From an uncultured Planctomycetaceae bacterium (GTDB lineage: Bacteria > Planctomycetota > Planctomycetia > Planctomycetales > Planctomycetaceae): 64,000 bases of DNA. Both the position numbers and the translations under genes were made by a program. Numbering within the stretch: the first letter of the stretch is position 1; each line of letters begins with the position of its first letter. A model generated the notes under the pieces. That model made no database searches. It worked only from the letters and a program-made list of their open reading frames with translations, and had not been told where the DNA came from. The DNA is taken from positions 1-64,000 of the forward strand of contig CAXBME010000009.1 of the NCBI GenBank assembly GCA_963976765.1. The letters are read 5' to 3'. This document shows, one piece after another, positions 30,201 through 45,200 of the stretch.

Positions 30201-33200
30201 CCAGTTGACCAGCCGTCTGAAGCTGGACGCCGCCGGCTCCGACTGCTGTGTCGTCATCGGTGTTCGCGTTGATGATGATGTCGGCGTCGGCGTGCGTCGT
30301 GGTAATCGTCGCACCGATGATCACGTCACGTGTCGCGGTGAACGTTGCCGTCGTTGCGGTGGTGATGTCGGCGTTGATGATCGTATCCTGGCCGGAACCA
30401 TTCAGCGTGACGTCCCCTGCTCCAACAAGAATCGTGGCGCCGGCGTCGATGGTTGCTTCGTTGATCGACAGCAGCCCGCCGGTTCCGACATTTGAACTGA
30501 TGGTCGAAGTGCCAGCGGCTGTCAGTCCGGCGGTAGATGTCAGCTCGATGTTTCCACCGACCGTACCGACAGCACCGCTCGTGACGTTGCCGGTGATGCG
30601 GAGGTCGCCTCCGCCTGTCTGATCGAAGTTGACGGTGCCTCCGACGGTGGTCAACGAGATCACCGTTGTGGTTGAGGCCAGGCTGTTGTCCAGATCGATC
30701 GCTCCGGTCGACGTGTCTGCATCGATCGATTCGAAACTGGTTTCAAGAGCGTCCGCTGCTCCGATGCCCGTTGCGGCGTCGATGACCGTGCGTCCGCTGG
30801 CTGAAATGATGTCCGCGCCGCCGAGGTCTCCCCCGTCGATAACTCCACCGGTCGCACTCGTGATTTGAACGGCGGTCGTCGTCGAGTTTGTCGTGATGAG
30901 CTGCCCCAGCGTCACGTTGACGTCTGCGTTGATCTCGATCTGGCCGCTGCCAGCGTTGATAACTGCACCGTCAGCCATGAAGACGTCGGCAGTGTTTCCG
31001 GCGTTGTCCGCGTCGATCAGGATCGTGCCGCTGGTCGACGTGATGTCGCCGCCCGCTCCGAACGTGATGTCATCCGTTGTCGACTCGCCATTGAGCGACC
31101 GGACCGTGATGGTTCCACTTTCACTCTCAATCGGCGAATCGATCTGCACGGCTGACTCAGCTCCGTCGCCCGTACCGGTGATGGTGATCCCTGCTCCACC
31201 GTTGGCATCAATCGCCAGGCCGATGCCGGCTTCGATTTCAACGCCGTCGCCGGACGCGCCGCTGGCCGAACCGGTGATCGAAATCGCTCCGGCTGCCGAG
31301 GTGATCGTCACGTCGCCACCGGTGCTGCCGATCAGAACGCCATCGGAATCCGCTCCGTTAGAACCCGTCGTCGTCCCCATGACGGTGATCGTGGCCGCGC
31401 CCGAAGTCGTCACATCCGAATCGTCCGTCAGCTCAACTCCGTCATCTCCCGCCGTGACTCCAGAAATGTTAATCGCCGCCGAGTCACCCGTCGTGCTGAT
31501 TGCGGACGACGAAGCAAATACGCCGTCAGAATCCGTACCGATGCCGGTGGTGGTTCCGTTGATCGAGATGGCTCCGTTCGCCCCCGTGCTAGCGATGGCG
31601 GAATTCGTCAGCGCGACACCGTCATCAGTGGCTGAGTTTCCGGTGATGGAGATCGTCGCGTCCACCGTCGACAACGCCGTATGAACAGCGGCATTGTTCA
31701 GATTGACGCCGTCCGATGCCGCACCGACTCCGCCCGTACCGTTAATCGAGACGGCCCCCGCGCTGGCACCCGCCGTCGATGTGATCGTCGCCGTATTCGT
31801 CAACACAACTCCGTGATTGGCATCGCCAGTGTTGCCGCCAGTTCCCGTCAGGCTGATCGCCCCGGACGTTGTTGAGACCGTTGCATCATCAACAGTGATC
31901 CCCACAAAGTTGCCCGAGTGCCCACCCGCGTTGGCTGTCAGGGAAATCGTTCCTTCCACCGTCCGAACCACGGTGCTGCTTCCGGAGACCGAAACCGCCC
32001 GCTCCGCATCACCGGTGATCGCTCCTGTACCGACCGTCGAGACAACAGCATCGCTGTCGATCGTCAGGTCTGTTCCGGCGTTGAGATCGATTGATCCGGT
32101 GCCGCCAAGGGCTGTAACGTCGGCTGAGATTGTCAGGTGATCGTTGGCTCCGCCGTTGTTGGTTGACGTCAGCGCGATGTTGCCTCCGTCGTTGTTGACG
32201 ATTGTCTGGTTGACGGTCAGTGCGTCGCTGGTCGTGATTGTGATGTTGTCATTTCCGGAGTTGTCGTCGAGTGAATCTTCGATCTGAACTCCGTCGACAG
32301 TGACCATGCCGAGGATCGCGGCAACGTTGACGGTCAGGTTTACCGTGTCAATCGCCAGATCACCGGTATTCGAAACATGGAAGTCTCCCGAATCCGTCTG
32401 GCCACTGAGCGCGCTGACTTGCGTTTCGATCGAGTCAGCATCGGTACCGACTCCGGTTTCGCCAGCGATCGCCAGGCTGCTGGCGATCAGGTCGGCTCCG
32501 CCGGTGTCGCCGCCGTCGATGACGTCCGCGGCCACGCTGCCAATGTTGATCAGGTCGGTCGTGATGATCTGACCGAGCGTCAGACGACCATCGGCGATAA
32601 CTTCAACCTGCCCACCGCCGCCGTTGATAACCGTGCCATCGGCCATCGTGATCACGCCGCCGGTGCTGGCAATGCTTGTCTGATCCGAAAAGACGCTGAT
32701 GAGTCCCGAGGCACCGGCATCGCTTCTCGTCACGTCGCCGTCGACGCCGAACAGTACATCACGATTGGCCGTGATTGTGATCGTCGTGGCCGCTCCAGTT
32801 GACTGCACAAGTCCGTTGACTTCGACATCGGTTGCGGCGGCGGCACCGGCTCCCGGTCCGATCGTGATATCACCTGCGGCCAGAACCTGAGCTGTCGCTC
32901 CGTTGGAATCAATCTGCACGCTTTCCGAACCGACGGCGTCAGCAAACAGGTCGGCCCCCGTCAGGATAACAGCATCCGCTGAGTTGACCTGACCAGCCGC
33001 CGTGACCTGGACGCCTCCGATTCCGTCATTGTCGTTGTCAGCAGTCGCTGTGATGTCCGAACCGGCTCCCGTTGTCTGAACCGTCGCGTTGATAACAATG
33101 TCCCGGGAAGCGGATAGCGTCAGTGCCTGGTCGGTTGTCAGATCGGCATTCACGATCAGGTCATCGTCGCCGTTGTCGTTTCCGTTGAGCGTGACATCAA

Positions 33201-36200
33201 ACTGCCCGGCATCGATCGGCGCATTGATCACCAGCGACCCGGAAAGACTCAGCGCCCCCCCCGTTCCGGCTACTGTTGCAACGGCATCATCAACAGTGAG
33301 CGTCCCGTTCAGATTGTTGACGAGAATCGCTCCGCCGCCGTTCATAATTCCGGCAAGGCCGTTCACCGTTGCAATTGTCAGGTCGGACCCGGCAGCGTTG
33401 TCTACCTGAATGCTTCCGCTGGTTGAATTCGTCGCGGAGATGGTCGCGACACTGGTGTCAATGTCGTCTGCCAATCCAATGCCCTCAGCCGCTCGCAGTG
33501 CAACAGCCGAAGCGGTGATGTTGGCAGATTCGCTCGCAAGGGTGTCGCTGATCGATCCCGTGCCGGTGGAATCGGCATCGGCTGTCACGATCACTGTGCC
33601 GGATGTCGAGCTGATCGAGTCCAGTTCGACGTTCTGATTCGCCGTCAGCGTGATGTCGCCCTGGTCGGTCTGAATTGTGTACTCGGCTGCCTGCAGAATG
33701 GCGGCCGTCGCCGTCCCGGTTCCGGCAGCACTGACTCCGCTGACAAAGTCGAATGTTCGTCCCGCGTGGACAGCGATTGTTCCCGTCCCCATCGTGGACA
33801 TTGTCGGAGCCGCGCTGAAGTCGATGTCGTCAAAGCTGACAATCAGAATGTTGCCGCCACCCGACGTGATGTTCGCGTCGATGTCCAGGTCGTCGTTTGC
33901 TGAATCACCACCGGCCGCAATTGTGATGTCACCGGCTCCGCTGCTGGAAACGTCCTGCAGAATTCGCAACTCATCCGCACCGGCTGCCTGGCCTTCGCGG
34001 ATCAGAATGTCGTCGCCCGCTCCGCCAGCGGTGATCGAGACGCCCGACAGTCCATCAACAGTCGTCACCAGCAGCCCCGCCGACTCACTTAGTGAGATGT
34101 CGCCCGTCGCGGTTGTCGCCGCCAGGCTCGCGACTGCCAGATCGAGGTCCGCATCATTGGTCGAAGCATTGCCGATGCCAGTAGCCGCTCGTAGAACGAC
34201 TTCATCCGCCGTGATATTTTCTGTTTCGCCTGCCGAACCATCGGTAATGGCCCCAGCGGTCGCCGTTAGAGCGACTAGATCCCCATCCGCCGAAACGCTT
34301 TGAACGGAAAGATTACCGGTCGTGGTAACGATCCGGACATCACCGGCCCCACCCGCCGTTACACTGGCCAGCGTCGCTCCATCGGACTCGTCAATCTGAA
34401 TCGTTCCGTCGGTCGTCGTCGCGTTGAGCGTGCTGATTGTTGTCTCGATAGCGGCGTCAGCTCCAGAGCCAGCCGACTCACCAATGCCACCGTTGGCGTT
34501 GATGCTCAGCGTGTCGGCAGTCACGTCGACGTTCGCGTCGCCGCCGTCGATGACTTCACCAGTGATTGTGTCGATCGTCACGTTGCCGGTTGTTAAAAGC
34601 CCCCCCAGCGTGATGTTGTCAGTCGCGTTGAGGTCGATCAGACCACTGCCGGACGTCACTGTCGAGCCATCGGCCATCGAAATCGCACCGCCCGCATCGA
34701 CACTCCCTGCGTCCGCCGTCACCGTCACGACACCCGCACCTGCCGCCAGCACGCTTGCCGTCCCGTTGAGTGCGAGATTGTCTCCGGCGTTGAGCGTGAT
34801 GTTTCCGTTTCCGTCGGCTGCTTCGATCGAAACTCCTGTCGCCACCGTCACGTCGTCACCGGCTGCTCCGGAATCAGTTGCGGTAAGCGTGACGTCACCG
34901 CCGTCGCTGTTGGTTACATCGTTGTTCACCGTCAATGCCCCAGCCGCCATCAATGAAATGTTGTCCGCTCCTGAATCATCACCACCGGCTGCGGCATCGG
35001 AGACCGTCACTCCGACGAGCGAATCCACCGTGCCAACAATCAAAGCGCCCGTATTGGCGATGTGGATGTCGCCTGAGTCGGTCAGCGTCGCAATCGTGAG
35101 GCTTCCCGCCCCGACATCCGAAACCGTATCGATCGAGTTGGCATCCGTCCCGATCCCGTTCAGTGCCCGCAGAGCAATCATGGCGGCAGTAACATCCGCG
35201 TCGCTGTCGCCGTTGTCGAGAATGCTGCCTACCACAGACGTCGCCTGAACTTCAGTCGTAGTCGTGACTGACGACAACAGAATGTCTTCGTTCGCGTTGA
35301 GGTCAACCAGACCGCTGCCGGCGTTGATGACCGCTCCGTCAGTCATCGTGATCGAACCCTGGTCGGTCCCGCCGCTGTCCGTCGCAGAATCCGCATCAGC
35401 AGTGACGGTGACGTTGCCGGTCGTGCTGGTAACATCGCCGTCGGCGTCGAAGAAGACGTCATTGTCGGCGGTGAGCAGGATCGTTCCCGTTGCGGACTGT
35501 ACGCCATCGTTAATGACAAGATTCGAGTCGATCCCCGTGGCGGACAGAACGATCGAGCCAGCACCGGTTGTCGCAACAGCGTTGGCAACCACTCCTCCGT
35601 TATCCACGGTCAGCGTTCCGCCGGCGATGATTTGAATGTTGCCGACGGTTGCCTGTTGAGCGTCGAAAACGGTGACGGTGTCTGTTTCGAGAATATCGAT
35701 GTTGCCGCTGGTCGAGTTGTCCACGTCCAGACTGGCGACGTTGGTTTCAAGAGTGTCGGCTGCTCCAATACCCGTCACTGCATTGATGACCAATCGACCG
35801 GCAGTGGCGTCGACATTCAGCACACTGGCGTTGCCAGCGTCAATCACGGCTCCCGTTGCCGAGTCGATGGTTACCGCCGTACTGGATGCGTCTGTCGTCT
35901 GCAGCAGCCCGATCGTGATGTCGCCTTCGGCATCGATATCAATCGTGCCGCTGCCAGCAAGAATTTCGGAGCCATCAGCCATCAGCAGTTGCCCGGATGC
36001 TCCACCGACCGTCATATCAGCCGTGACCATGACACTGCCAGAATTTGACATGACCGACGCAGGGGCCTGGAATTCGATTGTGTCGTCAACACTTTGCAGA
36101 GTGATTGCTCCAGAGTTCGACGTGATCGACGAATTCAGCTCGATGCCATTTGTTCGGCCATTTCCTGTTAACAGAATGGCACCTGACCCGGTCGCTTCGA

Positions 36201-39200
36201 TAAGGCCAACGTCCAGGTCGATCCCATCGTCGCCATCGGCGTCCGAAGTTGTACCGGCGAGTTGAATGTTTCCGTCGACGGACGTCACTGAACCGTCGAT
36301 GTGAATGCCGTCGTTGTTTGTTCCGCCCGTGCCCAACAGAGTGATACTGGCCACGACGGCGCCACTTCCAGTAGAAGAGACGGTCGATCCAGCCTCCAGT
36401 TCAATGCCATCATCAGTGGCGGTGCTGGCATCCCCCGTGAGCTGAATGTCACCGGCAACTGACGTAATCGTCGACCCACTTCTCAACAGAACGGCATCAT
36501 TAGCGGTGCTTACACCGTCGAGTGTGATCGTGGCGGCGTCAGCCGTTGTTCCGGTCGCCGAAATTGTCGCATCCGTAATCACAATGCCTTCGAACGTGTT
36601 GCCGGTTCCGTCAAGCAGAATGTTTCCATCAACAGAAGTGATCAACGTCCCCGCCGAGATAATGTCGATCCCAGCATCGCCAGTGCCTGTGATCGTGATG
36701 CTGGCCGCATCGGCACCGGTTCCCGTCGAAGAAATTTCAGCACCGGTCGTAACGAAAACGCCAGCAGTGTTGTTATCCGTTCCGGTGATCGTGATGTTCC
36801 CATCCACTGACGTGATCTGCGTATTCGCTCCACGAATTTTCACGCCAGTCTCGGTCATGGCCGTCGAAGTTCCATCGATCATGATCGTCGCTGTACTGGT
36901 CGAAGAAATCACGGCACCTGCCGAAATATCAACACCATCACCCGTCGATGCCATACCTGTGAAGGAGATGCTTCCGGTCGCCGAAGTGACCGTCGTTCCT
37001 GTATCGCTGGCCTTGATACCATCATCGCCTGAAACAGATGTGGTGGTTCCGTTGAGCGTAATGGCTCCAGAAGTTGTCTCGATAACGGCACCACTCTCAA
37101 GAGCTATCCCGTCATCAAACGTGCTGGATCCCTGAAGCGAAACATTACCAGAAGTCGTCTGAATGACCGCGTTAGTCTGAATTTCGACACCGTCACCAAT
37201 CGCACTGAAACCTCGCAACGATATGTTACCGGCAGCGGCATCAAGCGTACCGCCGTCGATCTTGATGCCATCGCTATCGGAACCTGCTGTGGCAACCGCG
37301 TTCGTGACAGCCGGGTCGGCGCCACCACCAAGCGTGATGTTTCCACCGGCTGAAGTGACGATGCCAAGAACTCTAATTCCACCTCCGGCTGAAGTGGCAG
37401 TGTCGGTATCCGAATTCAGAACCACATCGCCACCAATGGATGTGATGCTTCCAGCAGCCGTCACGATGACGTTTTCCGTTGACGTCACCGTCACGTCGGC
37501 CGTACGGGATTCAACAGCCGCATTAATCGTCAGATCGCCGTTTGCAGCCGTGAGAACGATGTCGTCTCCCGCGATCCCGGCGTTGCCACTGGAAACCAGA
37601 CCGTCGAAACTGACGCTGCCGCCCCCACTCTGGTCGAAGGTAATCGTGCTGCCGACGGTCGTCAGCGAAGTGACTGAGACGTCAGTTGCCAGAACATTGT
37701 CGAGATCGATCGCTCCGGCAGAGGTATCCGCGCTGATCGATGTTCCTGCCAGTTCGAGTGCCGCCGTGTTGCCGATTCCGTCGACCGCGTTCAGATCGAT
37801 GGTGCCCGTGCCGACCGTCACGTCGATCGCCGTGTCGATGGCCGCGTCGTTAATGGCACCCGCCGAGGTGACTGTGACAGTGTTGGCGTCAGCGATGACC
37901 GCACCGACGAGGACGTCGCCGGCCGTCAGCGTCGTCGCATTCACGTCACCAGAACCGCCAGCGGTGACGGCAGTCAGAGTTAACGTGTCGGTGTCCGTGT
38001 CGCCGGTATTCTGGATTGTGATCGTTCCATCGGTCGTCTGAGCCAGCGTCACCGTCAGGGCTTCGTTTCCGGTCTGCACGAAATCGATGGTCCCGGTCCC
38101 CGTTGTGAGACTGGTTGCCGTGACGGCAGCTCCGGGATTCTGATTCAGCAGATCAATATTATTGTTCGCCGTGTCGGCCGCGATGGATGTCGCCGTGATT
38201 TCGATCGTGGCGTCATCCCCGATGCCGACCGTCGCATCGAGATTCAGCGTGGTGGCGACCAGGTCAGCGTCCGCATCCGCTTCCCCGCCGGACAGTTCTT
38301 CGATGCCGCCATCAATTGTCGTCAGCGTGATCGTATCCGGGGCCGTGACGACTCCAACCAGGATGTCACCCGTTGTGCTGGAGATATCGACATCGTTCCC
38401 GGCTCCCGTGGCCGTGACAGAAACAGCGGTCAGGCCGTTTGTCTCATCGACATGAACGTCGCCTGCCGAAGAAGTGGCGTTCAGTCGGTCAATGGTTGTG
38501 TCGAGTCCGTTACCCGCCGTACCGATCGACGCCCCTGCAACGAGAGTCGTCGTGCCGCCGTCTGCGACGATGTCGACGGCAAAGTCGCCGCCATCCAGAA
38601 TCGCTCCGGTCGTTGATGCAATGTTGACCGCGTCGACGGTTGCGTTTGTCGTGACGACGCTGCCCAGAGTCACGTCACCAACTCCGTTGAGATCGATCAG
38701 TCCGCTGCCGGCATTCAGAACGGTCGCATCTGTTGCTCCGTTGTCGGTCATCGTGATGACACCGACGCCGGTTGCTCCCGCGTTGACCTCAATTTCGCCG
38801 GTCGTCGTCGTGACATCGCCAGCAGCCGTGAACGTCACATCGTTGCCAGCTGAAGTCAGCGTCACCTGACCGGTTGCCGCTGAGACGCTTGCTTCAATTG
38901 CCAGGTCGCCGTTGCCGTCGTTGTCACTGTCGCCCGCGACGAACGTGATGGTTCCGACCGTGGTTGTCGACGCAGCACCCGACAGCGTGAGGGCGCCATC
39001 TTCGGTGCGAACGTCAATGTTGCCCGTCACGTTTGTCACTCCGGTGACTTCCAGAGCGTTGTCGCCGGCTCCGGCCAGTTCGGTGATCATCACGCTGCCG
39101 CTGGTCGAGTTGGCGACATTGACCTGAGCGAGGTCGGTGTCGAGATCGTCGGCTGAGCCGATTCCCGTCGCGGCGGTCAGTGTGGCGAGGTTGCCGGTCA

Positions 39201-42200
39201 GGTTGACCGCTTCGCCCGTCAGCACGTCAGTGATGGCTCCGACACCGTCGCTGTCGTACGTGTCGCCCGCTCCTCCGCTGGTGTCGGGTCCGGCAAAGTC
39301 GGCTGTGACAATGATGTCGCCGATGGTGCTTCCAGCATCGCTATCCGCGTTGACGATCGAAATCTGCACGTCGTCCGGAGCCTGCAACGTAATATTGCCG
39401 CCTTCTGATTGAACGATCGCGCCGCTGGTCATCAGGACGTCGCCGTCCGCGTTTCCGTCTCGCACCGTGGCGTTGTTGAAGTCCGAGCCGGCACTCAGTA
39501 CGACCATTCCGACACCAGCGGCACCGATGGTGATTGCAGCCAGCGAGATCGTGTCGCCAGCGAACAGGCTGATGTTTCCGTCTCCGCCCAGAGCCGTCAC
39601 GGCATCGTTAATTGTCAGGTCGTCGGCAGCGTCCGATCCTTCAGCGGCCAGCGTGATGTTTCCTCCAGCGTTGTTAACGACCGGGGCGCCCGCTGAAACG
39701 GTGAGCGGACTGGCGGCTCGGATCGTGATATCGCTTCCGCCATTGACGTTTCCATCATCGGTGATCGTGACGCCGGCCAGCGAGTCGACGGTGCCAACCG
39801 TCAGGCCGCCCGTGTTCTGAAGGTGAATGTCGCCCGTGTTGGTGAATGCGGCAACATTCGTGACGACCAGGTCAATGTCGGCATCGTCAGCGGCTTCTCC
39901 TGAACCGACGCCGTCACCCGCTCGCAAGGCCAGAGACAATGCGGTGATGTTGGCCGCTTCGGAAGCAAGGGCATCGATGATCGATCCCAAACCGTCGAGA
40001 TCACTGTCGGCGGTGACGATCACCGTGCCGGTCATTCCGGCGTTGACCGTTTCGAGTTCAATGTTCCGAGTCGCCGTCAGTGTGATCGTGCCACCAGCCG
40101 TCTGAACGATGTACTCGTTCGCGCCGCCTTCCAGGATGTCGGCCGTCGTGCTTCCAAGAGTCAGGGCCGCTCCAAAGTTGAACACTCGCCCGGCATGAAT
40201 TGCGATCGTGCCGGCGCCGGTCGTCGACACGGTTGGTGCTGAGCCGAAGTCAACGTCTTCGTAGCTGACGATCACGACGTCGCCACCGCTGGCCGAAATG
40301 CTGGCATTGATGTTGAGGTTGTCATTCTGAGAATCAGCACCATCAGCAAACAGCGTCACGTTGCCGGATCCGGAGTTGCTGATCGTCTGACTGATTGTCA
40401 GGTCGTCAGACCCCGCTGCGTTGCCTTCTCGAATCAGAATGTCGTCGCCCGCTCCGCCCGTCGTAATCGTGATACCGGACAGGCCGTCAACCGTCGTGAT
40501 GTCCAGAGCCGCGTCGTCTGAAATACTGATGTCGCCGGTTGATGTCGTCGCCGCCAGGCTGCCGACAGAAACATCAATGTCCGAGTTATCGACAGCCGCG
40601 TCACCGATGCCGGTTGCCGCTCGCAGGACAGTCGTACCGGCGGAGATGTTGGAAGTTTCGGCTGCGGTGATGTCGAGAATGGCTCCGGATGTCGTCGTGA
40701 TCGTTGCCGCTGAATCCGTTGTGTTTGTCGTGGTGAGCTGACCGAGTGAGATGTTGCCGTCAGCGTCGAAATCGATGAGTCCATCGGTCGCGTCAATCAT
40801 GGTGCCATCGCTCATCGTGATGGTTCCGCCGTTGTTGCCCGATCGCGTATCGGCGGTGACAGTGATCGTTCCGCCCAGTCCGATCAGATCACCGTCGGCT
40901 CCGAACAGCACATCCTGCTCGGCGGTGATGGTGATGGTTGCGGTCGTCGTCGTGGCGGCAACTCGACCGTTGATGACCGTGTCGGCGGTGGCTGGAGCGT
41001 TCACTCCGTCCTGAATCAAAATCGCTCCGCCAGCCTGAACCTGATTGTTTGTGGCCGAAACATTGTCGACGTCAATCTGAACGGCTTCGCTGGTGCCGGC
41101 GATGACGAAGAGGTCCGAGCCTTCGAGCGTGACTTCATCCGCTGAGTCAACAAACCCGGTCCCTTCGACTCGAAGACCGCCGACCGTGTCAGCGTCCGAG
41201 TCGGCGGTCAGTCGGATGTCCGATCCTGTACCCGTCGTTTGAACCGTCGCCTGCACGAGGATATCGCGACGAGCGTCCAGGTCGATCGTGCCGTCTGCGA
41301 TCAGATTAGCCGCAATGACGATGTCGGCGGTGTCGACGTCGTTGCCGTTGAGCGTGATCGTTCCGGCACCCGCCGTCAGCGAAGCATTCAGGTCGACATC
41401 GCCTGTGATGACCAGACCGCCGCCGGTTCCCTGCTGAGTATTGATGGCCTGATTAACGGTGATGGTGCCGCTCGTCGCGTTGATCGTCACCGTTCCGCCA
41501 TCCGTCGTACCGATAATGCCGGTGTTAATTCCGATCGTCGAGCCGACAGTTCCAATCGATAGGTCATCAACGTCGGTGTAGGAAATTACTCCGGGGTCCA
41601 GGTCCGCAGCGACGGTGTCGACATCGTTGCCGACACTGTCGAGCGTAAACGTTCCGGTGCCCAGCAGCACCAGATCCTGAGCCGCGATGTCGTCGCCGGA
41701 AACCTGAGTCGCTCCGTTGGCCGAGTTAATCGTGAACCGGCCCGTGCCAATCGAAACCGCATCGTCGATTGTCAGCGTGTCGCCGGTTTGAATCGCAACA
41801 TCGTCGTTGGACGTGCTGATGCCGACGGTCGTCACCGTGCCGATTGTCAACGTGTCAGTATCCCGGAACGTGATCGCTCCGGCTGTATTCGCTGACAGCG
41901 TGCTAACGTCGTTCGTCGTGCTGGTACCCAGCGAAAATGCCCCGTCGTTGCCAGTACTCAACAACTGCAGACCGGCGGCTGTGACCGTTCCCGTGCCGGC
42001 CTGCGTTGCCCCCTGCTGAGCGTTCAGATCGAGCGTCACGACTCCATTGGTGGCGTTTCCGGAGATCGTCCCGTCGAGTGTCATCGCTCCGTCGGAGTCG
42101 GTATCGCCGAACCCTGAGTCGAGCGTGATCATCGCCGAAGACGAAGTGGCCATCACCGTCGCGGTGGCCGCAAGGCTGATGCGGTCTCCCGCTTCGAAGA

Positions 42201-45200
42201 TCATGTTTCCAGCCGTCGACTGAACCGTCACCGCTGCGTTGACTGCGATGTTGTCTGAATTGGTTGCGGCAGACTCAAGAGCCTGAGCAGTCAACGTTCC
42301 GTCGCTGGACGTGTCATGAGCAAACGTGATTGCGCCGCTGGCGACGATCGTCGTCGTTCCAGCTCCTACGTTGCTGGACGACGTCAGTCCGTCAAAACTG
42401 CCAACGGTCAGCCCGGTTGAGTTCGTCAGGTTAACGTTGCCCGACGTTCCATTGCTGAACGCCACGGTGGAGACTGTCGTGTTCAGATCATCAATCGAGC
42501 CGATTCCCGTGGCGGCTCGCAGCGCCAGACTGTCAGCCGTGATGTTCGCAGCTTCTCCCATCAGCACTTCGGTAATTTCACCGACGTTGTCTGAAAGGCC
42601 AGACGCCACTCCGTCGAAGTCAGCGGTGACGATGACGTTGCCGATCGCCCCCCCTGCATCGCTGTCCGCATTGACCGTGCTGATCTGAACGTTGCCTGGT
42701 GCTCGCAGCGTGATGTTGCCACCCTGCGACGAGACGATTGAACCATCCGCAAGAATCACGTTGCCCGCGTCCGACGCGTTCTGCAGAGTTCCACCTTCGT
42801 TGAAGTCGGTGCCGGCGCTGAGCAGGACGTCGCCAGTTCCAGCCGCGCTGATCGTGACGACGGGAACCGAAATCGTATCGCCAGCGAACAGACTGATGTT
42901 GCCGTTGCTCCCGGAAGCCGTCACGGCGTCGGTCAATGTAAGATCGTCGCTGGCGTCGGCAGTCCCGTCGCTGCCAGCCGCGACAATGATGTTTCCGCCG
43001 CCGAGGGATGACACGACGTCAATGGTCACTCCGCCATTAGCCGAGTCGATCGTGACGTTACCAGCAGACGATTGAACCAGCGAGTCGCCATCCATCACGA
43101 TCGAGTCTGAACCATCAAGCGTCACGTTCCCGGTGCCGCCCGTCGTCACATTTCCGTTGACCGCCAGAGCGTTCGCACCCGTCGTGCTGATGTCGATCGA
43201 GCCGCTGGTCGACGACACCGAAATTCCGTCAGCCAGTGTAAACGCCTCGCCTGAATTCACGTCGATCATGCCTGAATCAGACGTCACTCCGGATTCAACC
43301 TGCACGTTGCCGCTGGCCGTTGTCAGAGTGACTGCCCCGGCTGCGGCTGCGGTCACTGCCTGGCTGACGGTCAAAGTTCCTGTTGCAAAGTTATTGACAA
43401 CTTCGATGTCGCCGCCGGTGGTCGACGTGATGCCGGTCGCGGTGTTGGCGACTCCGTCAGTAACCGTCGTGATGTTGACGTCGCCGCTGCCCGAGTTCGT
43501 GACAAAGACGCCGCCTGAATTCGATTGAGCAGCGATGTCGCTCAGCCCGGCCGTCGCAATGGCGTTCCCACTGGATCCGATTCCCGTCTGAGCCAGCAGC
43601 AACAGATCGGCAGCAGCCGGCATCGTCAGCGTGCCGCCCGCGTTACTGATCGCTCCGCTGGTAATCAACGTGACGTTGTCCGGAGAGGTTGCGATCGTCG
43701 AAAGGTTGAACGCTCCGTCAATCGTGATCGAACTGGCGGTTGTCGTTCCGTTTGTCTGGCCAATGACCAGGCTCGACGCTTCATCGACGAAGTTGATTTC
43801 CGTGTTGCTGATCCCGAAGTCGGCGGCACCAACGCCAATCGTAACGGCCTTGCCCGATCCGGGAGCGATCAGCAGTGTCCCGGTTCCGGCGTCGATTGTC
43901 GCGTCGGCAGTCAGACTGAAGTCGCCGCCGCTGATGTCGATATTCGCGTCGGTGTTCGAGTCCGTCGACAGCGTCGCCCCGGCGTCGGAAATTAAAAACG
44001 TGCCTGATCCGTCGCCGTCGACGTCCGCGTTGATATCGATCAGCCCGGCGATTCCCTGCCCGCCAGATCCGGTCGTCATGAAGCTGACGACGTCTGCGTC
44101 GACATTGTCGAACGTGATTCCCGTGTCGGCGTTGATTTCGATTTCGCCGCCGTCGGATGTCACGCTCCCGTTGATCGCGACTGATCCGTCGCTCGACGTC
44201 AGAGTGATTTTGTCGTTGTCGCCGGTCGTCGAAATCTGACCGATCAAAGCGGTTGTCGACAGGTTGCCGCCGGACGCGACGATTGTCACCGTGTCCGATG
44301 CCGAGACGTTATCAAAGTCCGTTCCGCCGATTGTCACGCGACTGACGGTCAGGTCACCGTCGATGTCTTCGATTTCGATCAGGTCATCTGTGGTGCCGGC
44401 GGCTGCGCTGACCGTGGCGACTTCCAGCCCGAATGCCGTTCCCGCCGCACCGATCGATCCACCCGCCTGGAAGGTGAGCGAACCAGCTCCAGCGTTAACG
44501 TTCACTTCATTGGCACCGTTCGTGCTGGTGATGTCGCCGGTCGAGGCCAGCAGCACGTTCGACGTTGTGAAGTCCACGTCTGCGCTGAGGCTGATGGACG
44601 ATGCGGTAATGTTCGTCGCGTCAGCATCAGAGCCGATCACGATGCTGCCGCCAGCGGCTGAAATCTCGGCAATTTCTGCGGCCGACAATTCCAGCACGTC
44701 GTTAACCGTCGTGGCCGCCGATCCGAGATCGACCGCCTGCGCGTTCAGCGACTTCAGCACGACGATGGCCGCTCCGGCGTTCACGCCCCGTTGCGCGTTG
44801 CCTGAGACAAAGGTCATCTCGTCGGCGACCAGCGTGACGTTGGCTCCAGACGTTCTAATCGTGTCGACGCTGAGTGCGTCGGTAACGGTCAGCGTGCCAC
44901 CGTCAGCGAGCAGCTGGACGATGACGGCGTCCGTCGACGTCGCGATGCCGTCGAACGTGCCGGGAGTAATCAGATCCTGAACCTGCCCGATCGTCAGGTC
45001 TGTGCCCGCTGCCGCTTCGTCAACAAAGACGTCTCCTTCGGCACTGACACCGAGCGTCGCGGCAGAGGTGACGATCACGTTGCCCGACGTGCCGACGCCG
45101 GCGCCCGCTTCGAAGTAAACGCTGTCCCCGCTGACGGTGCCGACTCCAGTCGAACGGCTGATCGCAGCGTCCGCTCGCAGATGAACGTCTCCACCGCCGG

